Positions 1-9,274 of a stretch of DNA of 45,697 nt are shown here, piece by piece (position 1 is the first letter of the stretch; every line of letters begins with the position of its first letter). The stretch is taken from sequence record SRR31156797_2194; one strand, given 5' to 3'. The position numbers and the translations under genes were made by a program. Below the pieces are notes generated by a model, which searched no databases, was not told the origin of the DNA, and worked only from the letters and a program-made list of their open reading frames with translations.

Positions 1-66
1 TGTACCAATAAGAAACTAAAACTTATATATCTATATTGATATTTTAAAATTAGGAGATGTTGTAAG

Positions 67-720
67 ATGAATGAAAAGTCTCTTCATATTAATGGTTATA
101 ATGAACGACATATTAATAATAATTTCTATTCTCATTCTGAAGAAAACACGAAACTTGCTATTATGTTCCCCGGGATTGCTTATACTAATGATAAACCTGC
201 ACTTTATTATAGCAGGCAGCTTTTTTTACAAAAAGGCTATGATGTTCTTGATATTGAATTTGACTATTTAAAAAACAAGGATTTTTTATTTCTTTCACAT
301 TACAGAAAAGAGATTGTCTTTGAAGAAGATGTTGAAGGGATTCTTAAAGCCTTAAAATCATTGCAGGGGTATTCAGAAGTAATCATAAATGCTAAATCTA
401 TCGGAACAAAGGCTCTTGCACAAATACACCAGAAATTGCCTTTTAATAATATTAAGATTATCTGGCAAACACCTTTATTAAAAGAGGAAAATATCTTAAA
501 TGAGATGATTACATGTAAATATACATCATTAGCAATAATAGGGACTGATGATCAGCATTATCAGCCAAAATTAATAAGATCTTTATTAAAAAATGATAAC
601 TTTGTTTTTTTTGAAGTTAAGGGTGTTAATCATTCATACGACAGTAGTGATTCCGTATTTGATGCCATAGAAAAATGTAAATTGATAATTCATAGAATAG
701 AAGACTTTATCTATAAATAA
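67..720 (+). CDS. alpha/beta hydrolase fold protein
   Basis: FPGIAY oxyanion-like motif, nucleophile elbow AKSIG, GTDD acid and NHS histidine; RBS-like AGGAG upstream. Confidence 0.75.
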   Translation: MNEKSLHINGYNERHINNNFYSHSEENTKLAIMFPGIAYTNDKPALYYSRQLFLQKGYDVLDIEFDYLKNKDFLFLSHYRKEIVFEEDVEGILKALKSLQGYSEVIINAKSIGTKALAQIHQKLPFNNIKIIWQTPLLKEENILNEMITCKYTSLAIIGTDDQHYQPKLIRSLLKNDNFVFFEVKGVNHSYDSSDSVFDAIEKCKLIIHRIEDFIYK

Positions 721-758
721 AGTCCTAAATTAATAAATAAGCAAAGGGGGAGCATTAT

Positions 759-2042
759 ATGTCGCATCTTTCAGTAAAATCAGGCTATACTAGCTTAGCA
801 GAAAGGTTGAATAAATTTCCGCAAGGAGCACCACCTAATGAAACTTTATATAAAATTCTAAAATTACTTTTTACAGAAAAAGAAGCTGAATTAGTTGCTA
901 AACTTCCTATTAAGCCCTTTACAGCTCAAAAAGCCGCAAAAGCCTGGGGATTAACAGAAGCTGAGGCTGATAAAATTTTAATTGAGTTAGCAAGTAGAGC
1001 AATTTTATTGGATATTCAACATGAGGGACAACAGCGATATATTTTACCGCCACCTATGGCTGGTTTCTTTGAATTTTCCATGATGAGAATTCGCGGGGAT
1101 ATTAATCAAAAATATTTAGCTGAACTCTATTATCAATATATGAATGTTGAAGAAGATTTTATTAAGAGTCTCTTTACAAGGGGAGAAACTCAATTGGGAA
1201 GAGTTTTTGTAAACGAACCTGTTCTGACTAACGAAAACGCAATACATGTTTTGGATTATGAAAGAGCCTCTCACGTTATCAAAACAGCTGAGCATATTGG
1301 ACTTGGTGTTTGTTACTGTAGGCATAAGATGGAGCATAAGGGATTAAACTGTGATGCTCCTATGGATATCTGCATGACCTTCGGTAATACTGCTGCATCA
1401 CTTATAAAAAATGGATATGCCAGAAGTATCTCCGTAGATGAATGTATGGATAAACTTCATCTTGCATATGAGCATGATCTAGTTCAATTTGGTGAAAACG
1501 TTAGAAATAATGTTGCATTTATTTGCAACTGCTGCGGATGTTGCTGTGAAGCTTTAGTTACACAAAAAAGATTTGGCTTTTTAAACCCGGTTCATACTTC
1601 TAATTTTATTATTGAAATTAAAGAAGAAAAATGTACAGGTTGCGGGAAATGCGTGGATATATGTCCTGTTGAAGCACTTAATTTAGTTTCATCAAATGAC
1701 CCACATAATAATAAAAGAAGAAAAGCTAAACTTACCGAACATGATTGTCTAGGTTGTGCAGTTTGTGTACGAAATTGCCCTACTAAAGCTATAAAACTTA
1801 ATACAAGAGACAAAAGAGTTATTACTCCTGCTGATTCGGTTCATAGAACAGTTATGATGGCAATAGAGCGAGGAAATTTAGCTAATCTCATTTTTGATAA
1901 TCAAGTATTTCAAAGTCACAGGGCTATGGCAGCAGTTTTAGATGTCATTCTTAAAATGCCTCCTGTTAAGCAAATTCTTGCTAATGAACAGATTAAATCA
2001 AAATATTTGGAGAAATTAATTAACAAAGTTGTTAAATTTTAA
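759..2042 (+). CDS. 4Fe-4S dicluster-domain protein (ferredoxin-like, Cys-rich)
   Basis: Two CxxCxxCxxxCP motifs (CTGCGKCVDICP, CLGCAVCVRNCP) plus CYCR and ICNCCGCCC clusters; RBS GGGGGAG. Confidence 0.85.
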   Translation: MSHLSVKSGYTSLAERLNKFPQGAPPNETLYKILKLLFTEKEAELVAKLPIKPFTAQKAAKAWGLTEAEADKILIELASRAILLDIQHEGQQRYILPPPMAGFFEFSMMRIRGDINQKYLAELYYQYMNVEEDFIKSLFTRGETQLGRVFVNEPVLTNENAIHVLDYERASHVIKTAEHIGLGVCYCRHKMEHKGLNCDAPMDICMTFGNTAASLIKNGYARSISVDECMDKLHLAYEHDLVQFGENVRNNVAFICNCCGCCCEALVTQKRFGFLNPVHTSNFIIEIKEEKCTGCGKCVDICPVEALNLVSSNDPHNNKRRKAKLTEHDCLGCAVCVRNCPTKAIKLNTRDKRVITPADSVHRTVMMAIERGNLANLIFDNQVFQSHRAMAAVLDVILKMPPVKQILANEQIKSKYLEKLINKVVKF

Positions 2043-2052
2043 ATATAATAAA

Positions 2053-2111
2053 TAAAGCTTATAACTCTATGTTGTTAATTCAACTTAGGGATATAAGCTT
2101 TACTTTTTTTT
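2053..2111 (+). terminator. intrinsic terminator
   Basis: TAAAGCTTATA...TATAAGCTTTA inverted repeat followed by a T run. Confidence 0.65.
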
Positions 2112-2194
2112 CTTTTTTGATATAATTACATTATAGATTTTTATAGATTTTTTTATATTATACTAATTTTTCTACTTTGATGCAGGAGGGAATT

Positions 2195-3271
2195 ATGAAA
2201 GTTAGAATTGATAATTTACAAGATGGAATGATATTAGATAGTGATGTTTTTACAAAAAATGGAGCATTTATACTTCTTTCTGAAGGAATGAAGTTAAACA
2301 GACTTTTAATAAACAGGTTAAAAGATGCAGGAATTAGGGAAGTTGATATTCTTGTTGAAAAAAAAGCTGAAGAACTTAAAAAACCGGAAATTAAAATAGA
2401 GGTTAAGAAATTTGGACAACCGGAAATTAAAGCAAATTTAGATAAAAACTTTAATAAGGTATCAACAAGTATTCAGAAAATAATTGACAATCCAAATTTG
2501 GGTGGTGACAAAATTTTATCATTCTCAAAAAAACTTTTGGACTTTATCGAAGATTCCTTTTCTGATCACACCTTATATATTCTTGAAAGCATTGCGTCAA
2601 ACGAAAATTTTGATGATGAGTTAGTAACTCATATGACAAATGTTGCTATTCTTTCTCATATGATTGGACAATGGTTAAATTATAGAAAATATCAGCTTGA
2701 CAGAGTAACCTTAGCAGCTCTTTTTCATGATATCGGAATGCTAAAAATCAATGATGTTTTATTAAATAAAAACGAAGAATTATCATATTATGAATTCAGA
2801 GATATCAAAAAACATTGCAGACATGCAAGAGATCTTTTAATAGAATGGAATTTTGAAAAAGAGGTAGTTGAAGGTGTTTTTCATCATCATGAAAGAATCG
2901 ATGGCTCAGGTTATCCTCTGCATCTTGAAGGAAGTGAGATAAACGAAATCTCAAAGATTATTGCTGTAGCTGATGTCTTTGATGCACTAACTTCTCACAA
3001 GCCTCATAGAGACGCTTTCTCAATCCTAGAAGCACTTAAAGAGATGGAAAATGAAGCCTTGAATAAACTTGATACAAGAATTACTAAACTTTTTATTTCA
3101 AAATTTTTCCAAAATTATCTTGGGCAGGGTGTTGAGTTAAGTAATAATATGAAAGGAAAAATCATTAGGCTTAATTCAAATATGATTACCAGACCTCTAG
3201 TAGCATGTACAGATGGAACCATTTTCGATTTGGCTGTAGAGAGAAACATTTCAATAAAAAACTTTTTATAA
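2195..3271 (+). CDS. HD-GYP domain c-di-GMP phosphodiesterase
   Basis: HDIG, HHERIDGSGYP, IIAVADVFDALTS motifs; start moved to ATG 2195 behind GGAGGG. Confidence 0.9.
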   Translation: MKVRIDNLQDGMILDSDVFTKNGAFILLSEGMKLNRLLINRLKDAGIREVDILVEKKAEELKKPEIKIEVKKFGQPEIKANLDKNFNKVSTSIQKIIDNPNLGGDKILSFSKKLLDFIEDSFSDHTLYILESIASNENFDDELVTHMTNVAILSHMIGQWLNYRKYQLDRVTLAALFHDIGMLKINDVLLNKNEELSYYEFRDIKKHCRHARDLLIEWNFEKEVVEGVFHHHERIDGSGYPLHLEGSEINEISKIIAVADVFDALTSHKPHRDAFSILEALKEMENEALNKLDTRITKLFISKFFQNYLGQGVELSNNMKGKIIRLNSNMITRPLVACTDGTIFDLAVERNISIKNFL

Positions 3272-3337
3272 TAAACATAAGTAATTTAGTATTTATTGAT
3301 CATTTTTGCTAAATTTTACGCTTACAAACTAAAGCTC

Positions 3338-3366
3338 TTGACATATCAATTTATTTCGACTATACT
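3338..3366 (+). promoter_or_regulatory. sigma70-type promoter of the MATE gene
   Basis: TTGACA (3338-3343), 17-nt spacer, TATACT (3361-3366). Confidence 0.75.
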
Positions 3367-3372
3367 TAGCGT

Positions 3373-3423
3373 ATGTTTAGAAATACTCACGACTTGTATA
3401 GTTTAAATTTATTTATGTCATAA
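3373..3423 (+). CDS. putative leaderless leader peptide (16 aa, MFRNTHDLYSLNLFMS)
   Basis: ATG lies at the expected transcription start, 7 nt after the -10 box; translated by hand. Confidence 0.35.
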   Translation: MFRNTHDLYSLNLFMS

Positions 3424-3444
3424 TCATAATTTAAAAATTCAACT

Positions 3445-3496
3445 TGGCAGATTAAAAAGATGTATTTCAAATACACTTATTAATCTGCCATTTTTC
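3445..3496 (+). terminator. terminator-like hairpin in the MATE 5' leader (putative attenuator)
   Basis: TGGCAGATTAA...TTAATCTGCCA stem with inner TGTATT/AATACA stem, followed by TTTTT; lies between promoter and ATG. Confidence 0.55.
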
Positions 3497-3565
3497 TAAA
3501 TATAGTTATAATTTATTGGTAAATAAATACTTGTCATTAATTTTTACATCAAACAGGAGATCAAT

Positions 3566-4915
3566 ATGCTAAAAGACAAAACATTTTACAAAACGATGCT
3601 TGGGATAGCACTTCCAATTGCATTACAAAATTTAATAATATCATCCATTAATGTTGCCGACGTTTTCATGATTGGGAAATTGGGAGAAGCAAGTATTTCC
3701 GCTCTTGGACTAGCTAACCAAATAATGTTTCTACTAATTTTATTCCTATTTGGAATCAATAGTGGTGGTTCTATATTTATGGCTCAATTCTGGGGTAAAA
3801 AAGATATCAAAAGCATGCACAAAGTTTTAGGACTTGTTTTAAGTGCAAGTATCTTGATGGCTGGCTTGTTTTTTATTTTAAGTCAATTTATGCCTCGATT
3901 TCTTATTAGAATATATACTCCAGAAAAAGAAGTTATCGCTTTAGGAGCATCTTATATTAAAATTGTTGGATGGTCATATCTATTAACAGCTGTAAGTTTT
4001 GTTTTTTCCATTCAATTAAGAAGTATTGGAAAAACTAATGTTTCAGTTATATCAAGTGTTATCGCACTTATTTTAAACGTTACTTTAAACTATATTTTAA
4101 TCTTTGGTAAATTAGGTTTTCCTGCTTTAGGAATTACCGGTGCGGCAATTGCAACATCAATTGCAAGAACTATTGAGTGCGTTTTTATCGTAGCTTATAC
4201 TTATATTAGAAAATATGCATTAGCTAGTTCTTTAAAAGAGATGGCAGCATTTAATTCTGCCTTTGTAAAAAAATTCCTTGTAACAGCATCTCCTGTTATT
4301 ATCAATGAAATAATATGGGCAGTCGGAATAACAACCTATAGTATGCTCTATGGTAGAATGGGAACCAGCTCTCTAGCCGCTGTTAATATTGCAAACAGTA
4401 TTGAGAGAATATTATTCGTTGCATTAATCGGTTTAGCTAGTGCTTGTGGTGTAATGGTAGGTAATAAGATCGGTGAAAATAATGAAGAAGAGGCATTTAT
4501 CTATTCTATCAAATTTTCATATGTAACTGTTATTGTATCAATTTTTATTTCAATATTGGTTATTGCAATTATTAGCCCAATTTTAAAACTATATAATGTC
4601 TCACCGGAAGTTATGCAGTCAACTAAATATATTGTAATTGTAATTGCATGTGTTCTTCCATTTAAAGGCTTTAACTGTACAAATATTGTCGGTTCACTTA
4701 GAGCTGGAGGAGATACAAATTTCTGTTTAATGATGGATATATTCGGAGTATGGGCTATTGGTGTTCCATTTGCATTTATTGGTGCTCTTTACTTTAAATT
4801 TCCTGTTTATTTAGTCTTTTTATTGGCATCTTCAGAGGAGATTATCAAATTAAGTTTTATATTAAAAAGATTATTATCTAGAAAATGGATCACTAATTTA
4901 GTTAGTGAAATGTAA
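3566..4915 (+). CDS. MATE family efflux transporter
   Basis: About 12 hydrophobic segments, ALPIALQNL, DVFMIGKLG, LGITGAAIAT, LRAGGDT. Confidence 0.92.
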   Translation: MLKDKTFYKTMLGIALPIALQNLIISSINVADVFMIGKLGEASISALGLANQIMFLLILFLFGINSGGSIFMAQFWGKKDIKSMHKVLGLVLSASILMAGLFFILSQFMPRFLIRIYTPEKEVIALGASYIKIVGWSYLLTAVSFVFSIQLRSIGKTNVSVISSVIALILNVTLNYILIFGKLGFPALGITGAAIATSIARTIECVFIVAYTYIRKYALASSLKEMAAFNSAFVKKFLVTASPVIINEIIWAVGITTYSMLYGRMGTSSLAAVNIANSIERILFVALIGLASACGVMVGNKIGENNEEEAFIYSIKFSYVTVIVSIFISILVIAIISPILKLYNVSPEVMQSTKYIVIVIACVLPFKGFNCTNIVGSLRAGGDTNFCLMMDIFGVWAIGVPFAFIGALYFKFPVYLVFLLASSEEIIKLSFILKRLLSRKWITNLVSEM

Positions 4916-4941
4916 ATCAAATATAAATTTGCAAAAAAATA

Positions 4942-4985
4942 GAAAAGAACCGTTTCAGTGGGGAGAACTGAAGGCGGTTCTTTTC
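4942..4985. terminator. bidirectional intrinsic terminator
   Basis: GAAAAGAACCG...CGGTTCTTTTC stem between convergent genes. Confidence 0.75.
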
Positions 4986-5046
4986 ATTTGTACATATATA
5001 AGCTTATATGGAAAGAATTAAATTTATTTTAATATTTATTAATTTT

Positions 5047-5367
5047 TTAACTTATTACCCAACTAATTCCAAAAAAAACGAAACCTACAATTATAGTGAT
5101 GCAAAAGATAAAATATTGAAAACTTCTCGATTCAAAATTCTCTTTTTCTACTTTTTTATAAACAATTTCAAAGATTTTAATAGGTTCATAAGGTTCTCCT
5201 AAATGCGAATAACCAATAAAACTATATATAATCGCTGTAAAAACTGTTAATTTTGACATCTCTATATTAAATATTCTACTTAATGCAAAATCAAGCGCTA
5301 AGCCAAATAATGTAAGAAAAGTTATCCATTCAATTCCGTGTGAAATTCTAATTACGACTTTTTTCAT
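5047..5367 (-). CDS. hypothetical membrane protein (about 3 TM segments)
   Basis: GGAGGA RBS upstream; three hydrophobic stretches. Confidence 0.65.
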   Translation of the reverse strand: MKKVVIRISHGIEWITFLTLFGLALDFALSRIFNIEMSKLTVFTAIIYSFIGYSHLGEPYEPIKIFEIVYKKVEKENFESRSFQYFIFCITIIVGFVFFGISWVIS

Positions 5368-5637
5368 GATTTTTTCCTCCTTTTATATTGGGCTGTTTCC
5401 AATATTATCGGATGAAGCTTCACTTCTTAATTTTATTATCGGTCAGCTTTATCTAAAATATAATACTTTTTTATAATTTTTTTTAGATAAAAAGCTAAAA
5501 CTCATTTAATATTGTTACAAATTATATTTTCACCTATCATTCATATATTGTATCAATTTTTATTTGTAGTGTTTGATTCTATATGATATCATATAGAAAG
5601 AGTATATGCAGCAAATCATACAGATGGAGGTAAAATT

Positions 5638-6747
5638 TTGATTAACACTAAACTTAACTTAGCTATAATATTTGGAGGAAAATCAGCAGAGCATGAAGTA
5701 TCTCTTCAATCTGCTAAAAATATATTGGAAGCAGCAAAAAAAGAAAAATATAATATATATTTAATCGGAATAGATAAAGAAGGAAAATGGTATTATTTTG
5801 ATAATCATGATTTTTTAATTAATAAAAATGATATGAATTATAGTGATTTAAGTAAAGAAGGAGAAGAGATTTCATTTAGAATCGGTAATCCTAAAAAACA
5901 GTTTTTCGTTAATAAAACTCATGAATTTCTTCCTAAAATTGATGTTATTTTCCCAATTGTACATGGTACAAACGGAGAAGACGGATCATTCCAAGGTTTC
6001 TTTAATCTTCTAAATATACCTTACGTTGGTGCCGATGTTCTTGGTTCCTCTGTAGGTATGGACAAAGATATTATGAAAAAACTTTTTAGAGATGCTAATA
6101 TCCCAATTGGAAACTTTATCTCAATTAACAAAACTGAAGTTGCTACAGTTACTGAAGAACTAGTCAATGAAAAGCTTGGTTTCCCCGTTTTTGTCAAACC
6201 AGCTAATATGGGTTCTTCTATAGGAGTAACTAAAGCTTCGAATTTTAATGAGTTAAAAGAATCAATTGATATTGCTCTTAAATTTGATACTAAAGTTGTA
6301 ATTGAGGAATTTATTAAGGGACGAGAAGTCGAGTGTGCAGTTCTTGGTAATTATGAACCTAAGGCTTCTACTGTTGGAGAAATAGTTACTAATACAGATA
6401 GTTTTGATTTCTACTCATATGAAGCGAAATATCTAGATGAAAACGGTGCCGAATTACACATTCCGGCGAAATTACCAGAAGAAGTCATTAGCAACTTAAG
6501 AAATATGGCAGTCAAAGTTTTTAAGACACTTGATTGTTTTGGAATAGCCAGAGTAGATTTCTTTGTTACAGAGGAAAATAAAATTATTGTTAATGAAATA
6601 AATACTCTGCCCGGATTTACAAAAATAAGTATGTATCCAAAATTATGGGATCACAGCGGAATTAAATATAGTGATTTAATAGATCAATTACTTGAATTTG
6701 CAATTAATAGAAATAAAGAAATTAACAAACTTCAGGTAAGTTTTTAA
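5638..6747 (+). CDS. ddl: D-alanine--D-alanine ligase
   Basis: FGGKSAEHEVS, HGTNGEDG, FVKPANMGSSIG, FYSYEAKY omega loop, NEINTLPGFT. Confidence 0.95.
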   Translation: MINTKLNLAIIFGGKSAEHEVSLQSAKNILEAAKKEKYNIYLIGIDKEGKWYYFDNHDFLINKNDMNYSDLSKEGEEISFRIGNPKKQFFVNKTHEFLPKIDVIFPIVHGTNGEDGSFQGFFNLLNIPYVGADVLGSSVGMDKDIMKKLFRDANIPIGNFISINKTEVATVTEELVNEKLGFPVFVKPANMGSSIGVTKASNFNELKESIDIALKFDTKVVIEEFIKGREVECAVLGNYEPKASTVGEIVTNTDSFDFYSYEAKYLDENGAELHIPAKLPEEVISNLRNMAVKVFKTLDCFGIARVDFFVTEENKIIVNEINTLPGFTKISMYPKLWDHSGIKYSDLIDQLLEFAINRNKEINKLQVSF

Positions 6748-6778
6748 TTTCTTAATAAATTAAAGTTTTAAAGAAAAT

Positions 6779-6820
6779 AGGAGCTCTGCAGGCTAAACTG
6801 CAGAACTCCTTTATTTTTTT
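6779..6820. terminator. intrinsic terminator between convergent genes
   Basis: AGGAG.TCTGCAG...CTGCAGA.CTCCT stem followed by a T-rich run. Confidence 0.7.
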
Positions 6821-6821
6821 A

Positions 6822-8222
6822 TTAATCACCAAATGTGAAGCCATCTTCAAATTTTGGTTTAAATATTTCTTTTCCAAATAGTTTATTTACTAAACTTTTT
6901 CCTTCTTCTAAAATCGTTACCGTTGTAAGATCTTTAATTGTATCTAATAAAATTAATATATCTTTTTTAGGCATTATTTTTAAAAGCTCTACAATTTCAA
7001 AATGTTTAAATACTCCAACTAAAAGATCATCAATATCATCATCATTAAGTGAAAGAGTAAATACTTTCTCGCAATATAAAGGCCCTTTTTCTCCGAAAGC
7101 ACCTTTTTTAGGATCGAACATTTCGATAAATTTATCTAATAATCCTGATGATGAATGTGCTAAGAAATGTGTAACAAGTTGATCTATATTAAATTGATTC
7201 TCAGTATAAATATCAAATTCAACAATATCTTTTAGATGTCTCTTTGATAATTTATCTTCTTTAAATTTTTCCATTAAATTATTTGCATATCTTTTATAAT
7301 TAGCAATAATCGTTGTCATACCCCATCCACACGGAGTTGTCCATACCCCTGCATCTCCGATGAATGATACTCTATCTCGAGCAATTTCAGTTGATTTTGA
7401 TCCACCAGACGGATACCAACCAAATTTTGGTTCAACATACTTAATATTACTAAAATACTCAGTTACTGTTGGTTCTTCCATAATAGCTTCAAATTGAATT
7501 TTCATTATATCAGCTTCAACTAAATCTTTTTTAAGGAAGAAAATAAATATAAATGCCTGTTTTTCATTTAGGATTTCATATTCAAGAATTGGTCTACCTG
7601 ATGCCATTGAAGCATTCCCGCTTACATTAGTAGTTCTAAATGTTTGCCATAATTGATAATCCCCAACTTTTAAACCTTCAGGTACTCCATCTTCAAATTC
7701 AACAATAGCTCCGTAAACTGACCAATAATAGATATCACTATCTTTCATTTTAAATTTCTTTTTAATAAATGAATTCGTTCCAGAACCATCAATTAGAAGT
7801 TTTGCAGTCACACCATCTTCTTTAGTTGTGTAAACTTCTACCCCTTCTTTTGTTACATTGAAATCTTCACAAAGAGTTCCTAGTGCAATGTCCGCACCGT
7901 TTTTCTTACAAATATCTCCCCAGTATTGAAGAATACTTTTTTCATCTACGAATGGATAATATTGGTACGAATCCCATAATACATCTGCACCAGAATAAGT
8001 ACTAGTAAAGAATCTACCTATTCCATTGTAAAGGCTCGGTCTGATATCATCAGCATCTCCCGCCTTAATCGCTGCATCAGGAACAAACCAGCTTTTTGAA
8101 GTATAATTAAGTTCTTTCTTCTTGTCAATTATTAGGACATCTAAATCTTTCGATAGTTCTGATCCAACTGACAATCCTGCCGGTCCTGCACCAACAATAA
8201 TTACATCATAGTTTTTCTTCAT
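6822..8222 (-). CDS. FAD-dependent oxidoreductase (geranylgeranyl reductase / lycopene cyclase-like superfamily)
   Basis: VIIVGAGPAG Rossmann motif, LIDGSG, FIGDAG...TPCGWG; start moved to ATG 8222 behind GGAGGT. Confidence 0.75.
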   Translation of the reverse strand: MKKNYDVIIVGAGPAGLSVGSELSKDLDVLIIDKKKELNYTSKSWFVPDAAIKAGDADDIRPSLYNGIGRFFTSTYSGADVLWDSYQYYPFVDEKSILQYWGDICKKNGADIALGTLCEDFNVTKEGVEVYTTKEDGVTAKLLIDGSGTNSFIKKKFKMKDSDIYYWSVYGAIVEFEDGVPEGLKVGDYQLWQTFRTTNVSGNASMASGRPILEYEILNEKQAFIFIFFLKKDLVEADIMKIQFEAIMEEPTVTEYFSNIKYVEPKFGWYPSGGSKSTEIARDRVSFIGDAGVWTTPCGWGMTTIIANYKRYANNLMEKFKEDKLSKRHLKDIVEFDIYTENQFNIDQLVTHFLAHSSSGLLDKFIEMFDPKKGAFGEKGPLYCEKVFTLSLNDDDIDDLLVGVFKHFEIVELLKIMPKKDILILLDTIKDLTTVTILEEGKSLVNKLFGKEIFKPKFEDGFTFGD

Positions 8223-8290
8223 GTAAATACCTCCGCCTATTTTTATTTGTAAAATCATTATTGCTAAATTTAAGTATTTATCTGTTTCTA

Positions 8291-8668
8291 TTACTCTGCA
8301 ATCAATTTATAAGGTACTTCTAAATCTTCTAATAACTCTTCTGCTACTTCTAACATATTTCTATCTTTAGCTTGATAAAACCAGTTAATTTCTACTACTC
8401 CGCCTTTTATATAATACTCTTCAAGTTCATCTAAAAGTTCCATTATACACTTAAGTGAACTAGAATTTAAGTATTCAACCCTAAAATTAAGTTTAACCTC
8501 TTTATTTATTTTTTCCAAATATTCTTCAACCCAATCAAAAATTGGATTAAAAAAGTCTAGGGCGTTTTCCGGATAAGATGTTCCCTTTAATTCGATTTCT
8601 CCTGATTCGACTAAGCATTCAACTCCGAAAGCATCTTTTTGCTGCGCTATAAATAAATCTTTCAACAC
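8291..8668 (-). CDS. siaC: SiaC family phosphoprotein (DUF1987)
   Basis: LKGTSYPENA, EYLNSSSLK, INWFY, AEEL motifs; 125 aa; GTG start abuts the stop of the SiaB-like gene. Confidence 0.85.
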   Translation of the reverse strand: MLKDLFIAQQKDAFGVECLVESGEIELKGTSYPENALDFFNPIFDWVEEYLEKINKEVKLNFRVEYLNSSSLKCIMELLDELEEYYIKGGVVEINWFYQAKDRNMLEVAEELLEDLEVPYKLIAE

Positions 8669-9241
8669 TTACCCCTCCTTATTAACCTTTACTTCCAATA
8701 TTAAAAAATCATGTTCTGAGTCAACATTCTGTGAACTAAACTCAAGTTTATTTCCAGACTGTCTTGCCATTTGAATTAGACCCAGTCCTGCGCCTTTTGA
8801 TCCTTCAGGTCTAGGCGCTCTTAATTTCTCTTTATAAAATTTTCTCAATTCTTTTGCTTCTAAACTATTAATATGTTCACATTTTTCAATTACACCAGCA
8901 GTTTGATCTTTTTTAACCCAATTTCCCGAAGTAACTCTAAAGCAATCACTATCTTCAATAATTATGATTACTCCGGTTCCAACTTCATGGTCATCTCTTT
9001 GAATTCTTTGAGCTGAGTAATGCTGTATATTTTGAGCTAACTCAATAAATATAGAATATACTTTTTTAGCTATAAAATATTTCTCATCATCTACCATCTC
9101 ATTTTCATCCATAGATAATTTTTCTTTCAAAGTTTCAACTAAATTTTTTAGTATTCCCTGAGAAAATTCCCCTTCAAATAATAAGATTATTTTATTCTCT
9201 TTAATTATTTGCTGAAGTTCAAACAAATCTAACTTTTTCAT
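8669..9241 (-). CDS. siaB: SiaB family protein kinase (GHKL / anti-sigma-like)
   Basis: FEGEFSQ, SIFIELAQNIQHYS N-box, GAGLGLIQMARQSG G-box. Confidence 0.85.
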   Translation of the reverse strand: MKKLDLFELQQIIKENKIILLFEGEFSQGILKNLVETLKEKLSMDENEMVDDEKYFIAKKVYSIFIELAQNIQHYSAQRIQRDDHEVGTGVIIIIEDSDCFRVTSGNWVKKDQTAGVIEKCEHINSLEAKELRKFYKEKLRAPRPEGSKGAGLGLIQMARQSGNKLEFSSQNVDSEHDFLILEVKVNKEG

Positions 9242-9274
9242 TAGAGGCTCCTTTCAATATATAAATTCATTGTT

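Noticed and set aside
2131-2152. TTATAGATTT tandem repeat upstream of the HD-GYP gene
   Set aside because: Only two 10-nt copies in very AT-rich DNA; no support for function.
5638-6747. VanA-type D-Ala-D-Lac ligase
   Set aside because: Omega loop YSYEAKY is the D-Ala-D-Ala type and no vanH, vanX or vanRS genes are nearby.
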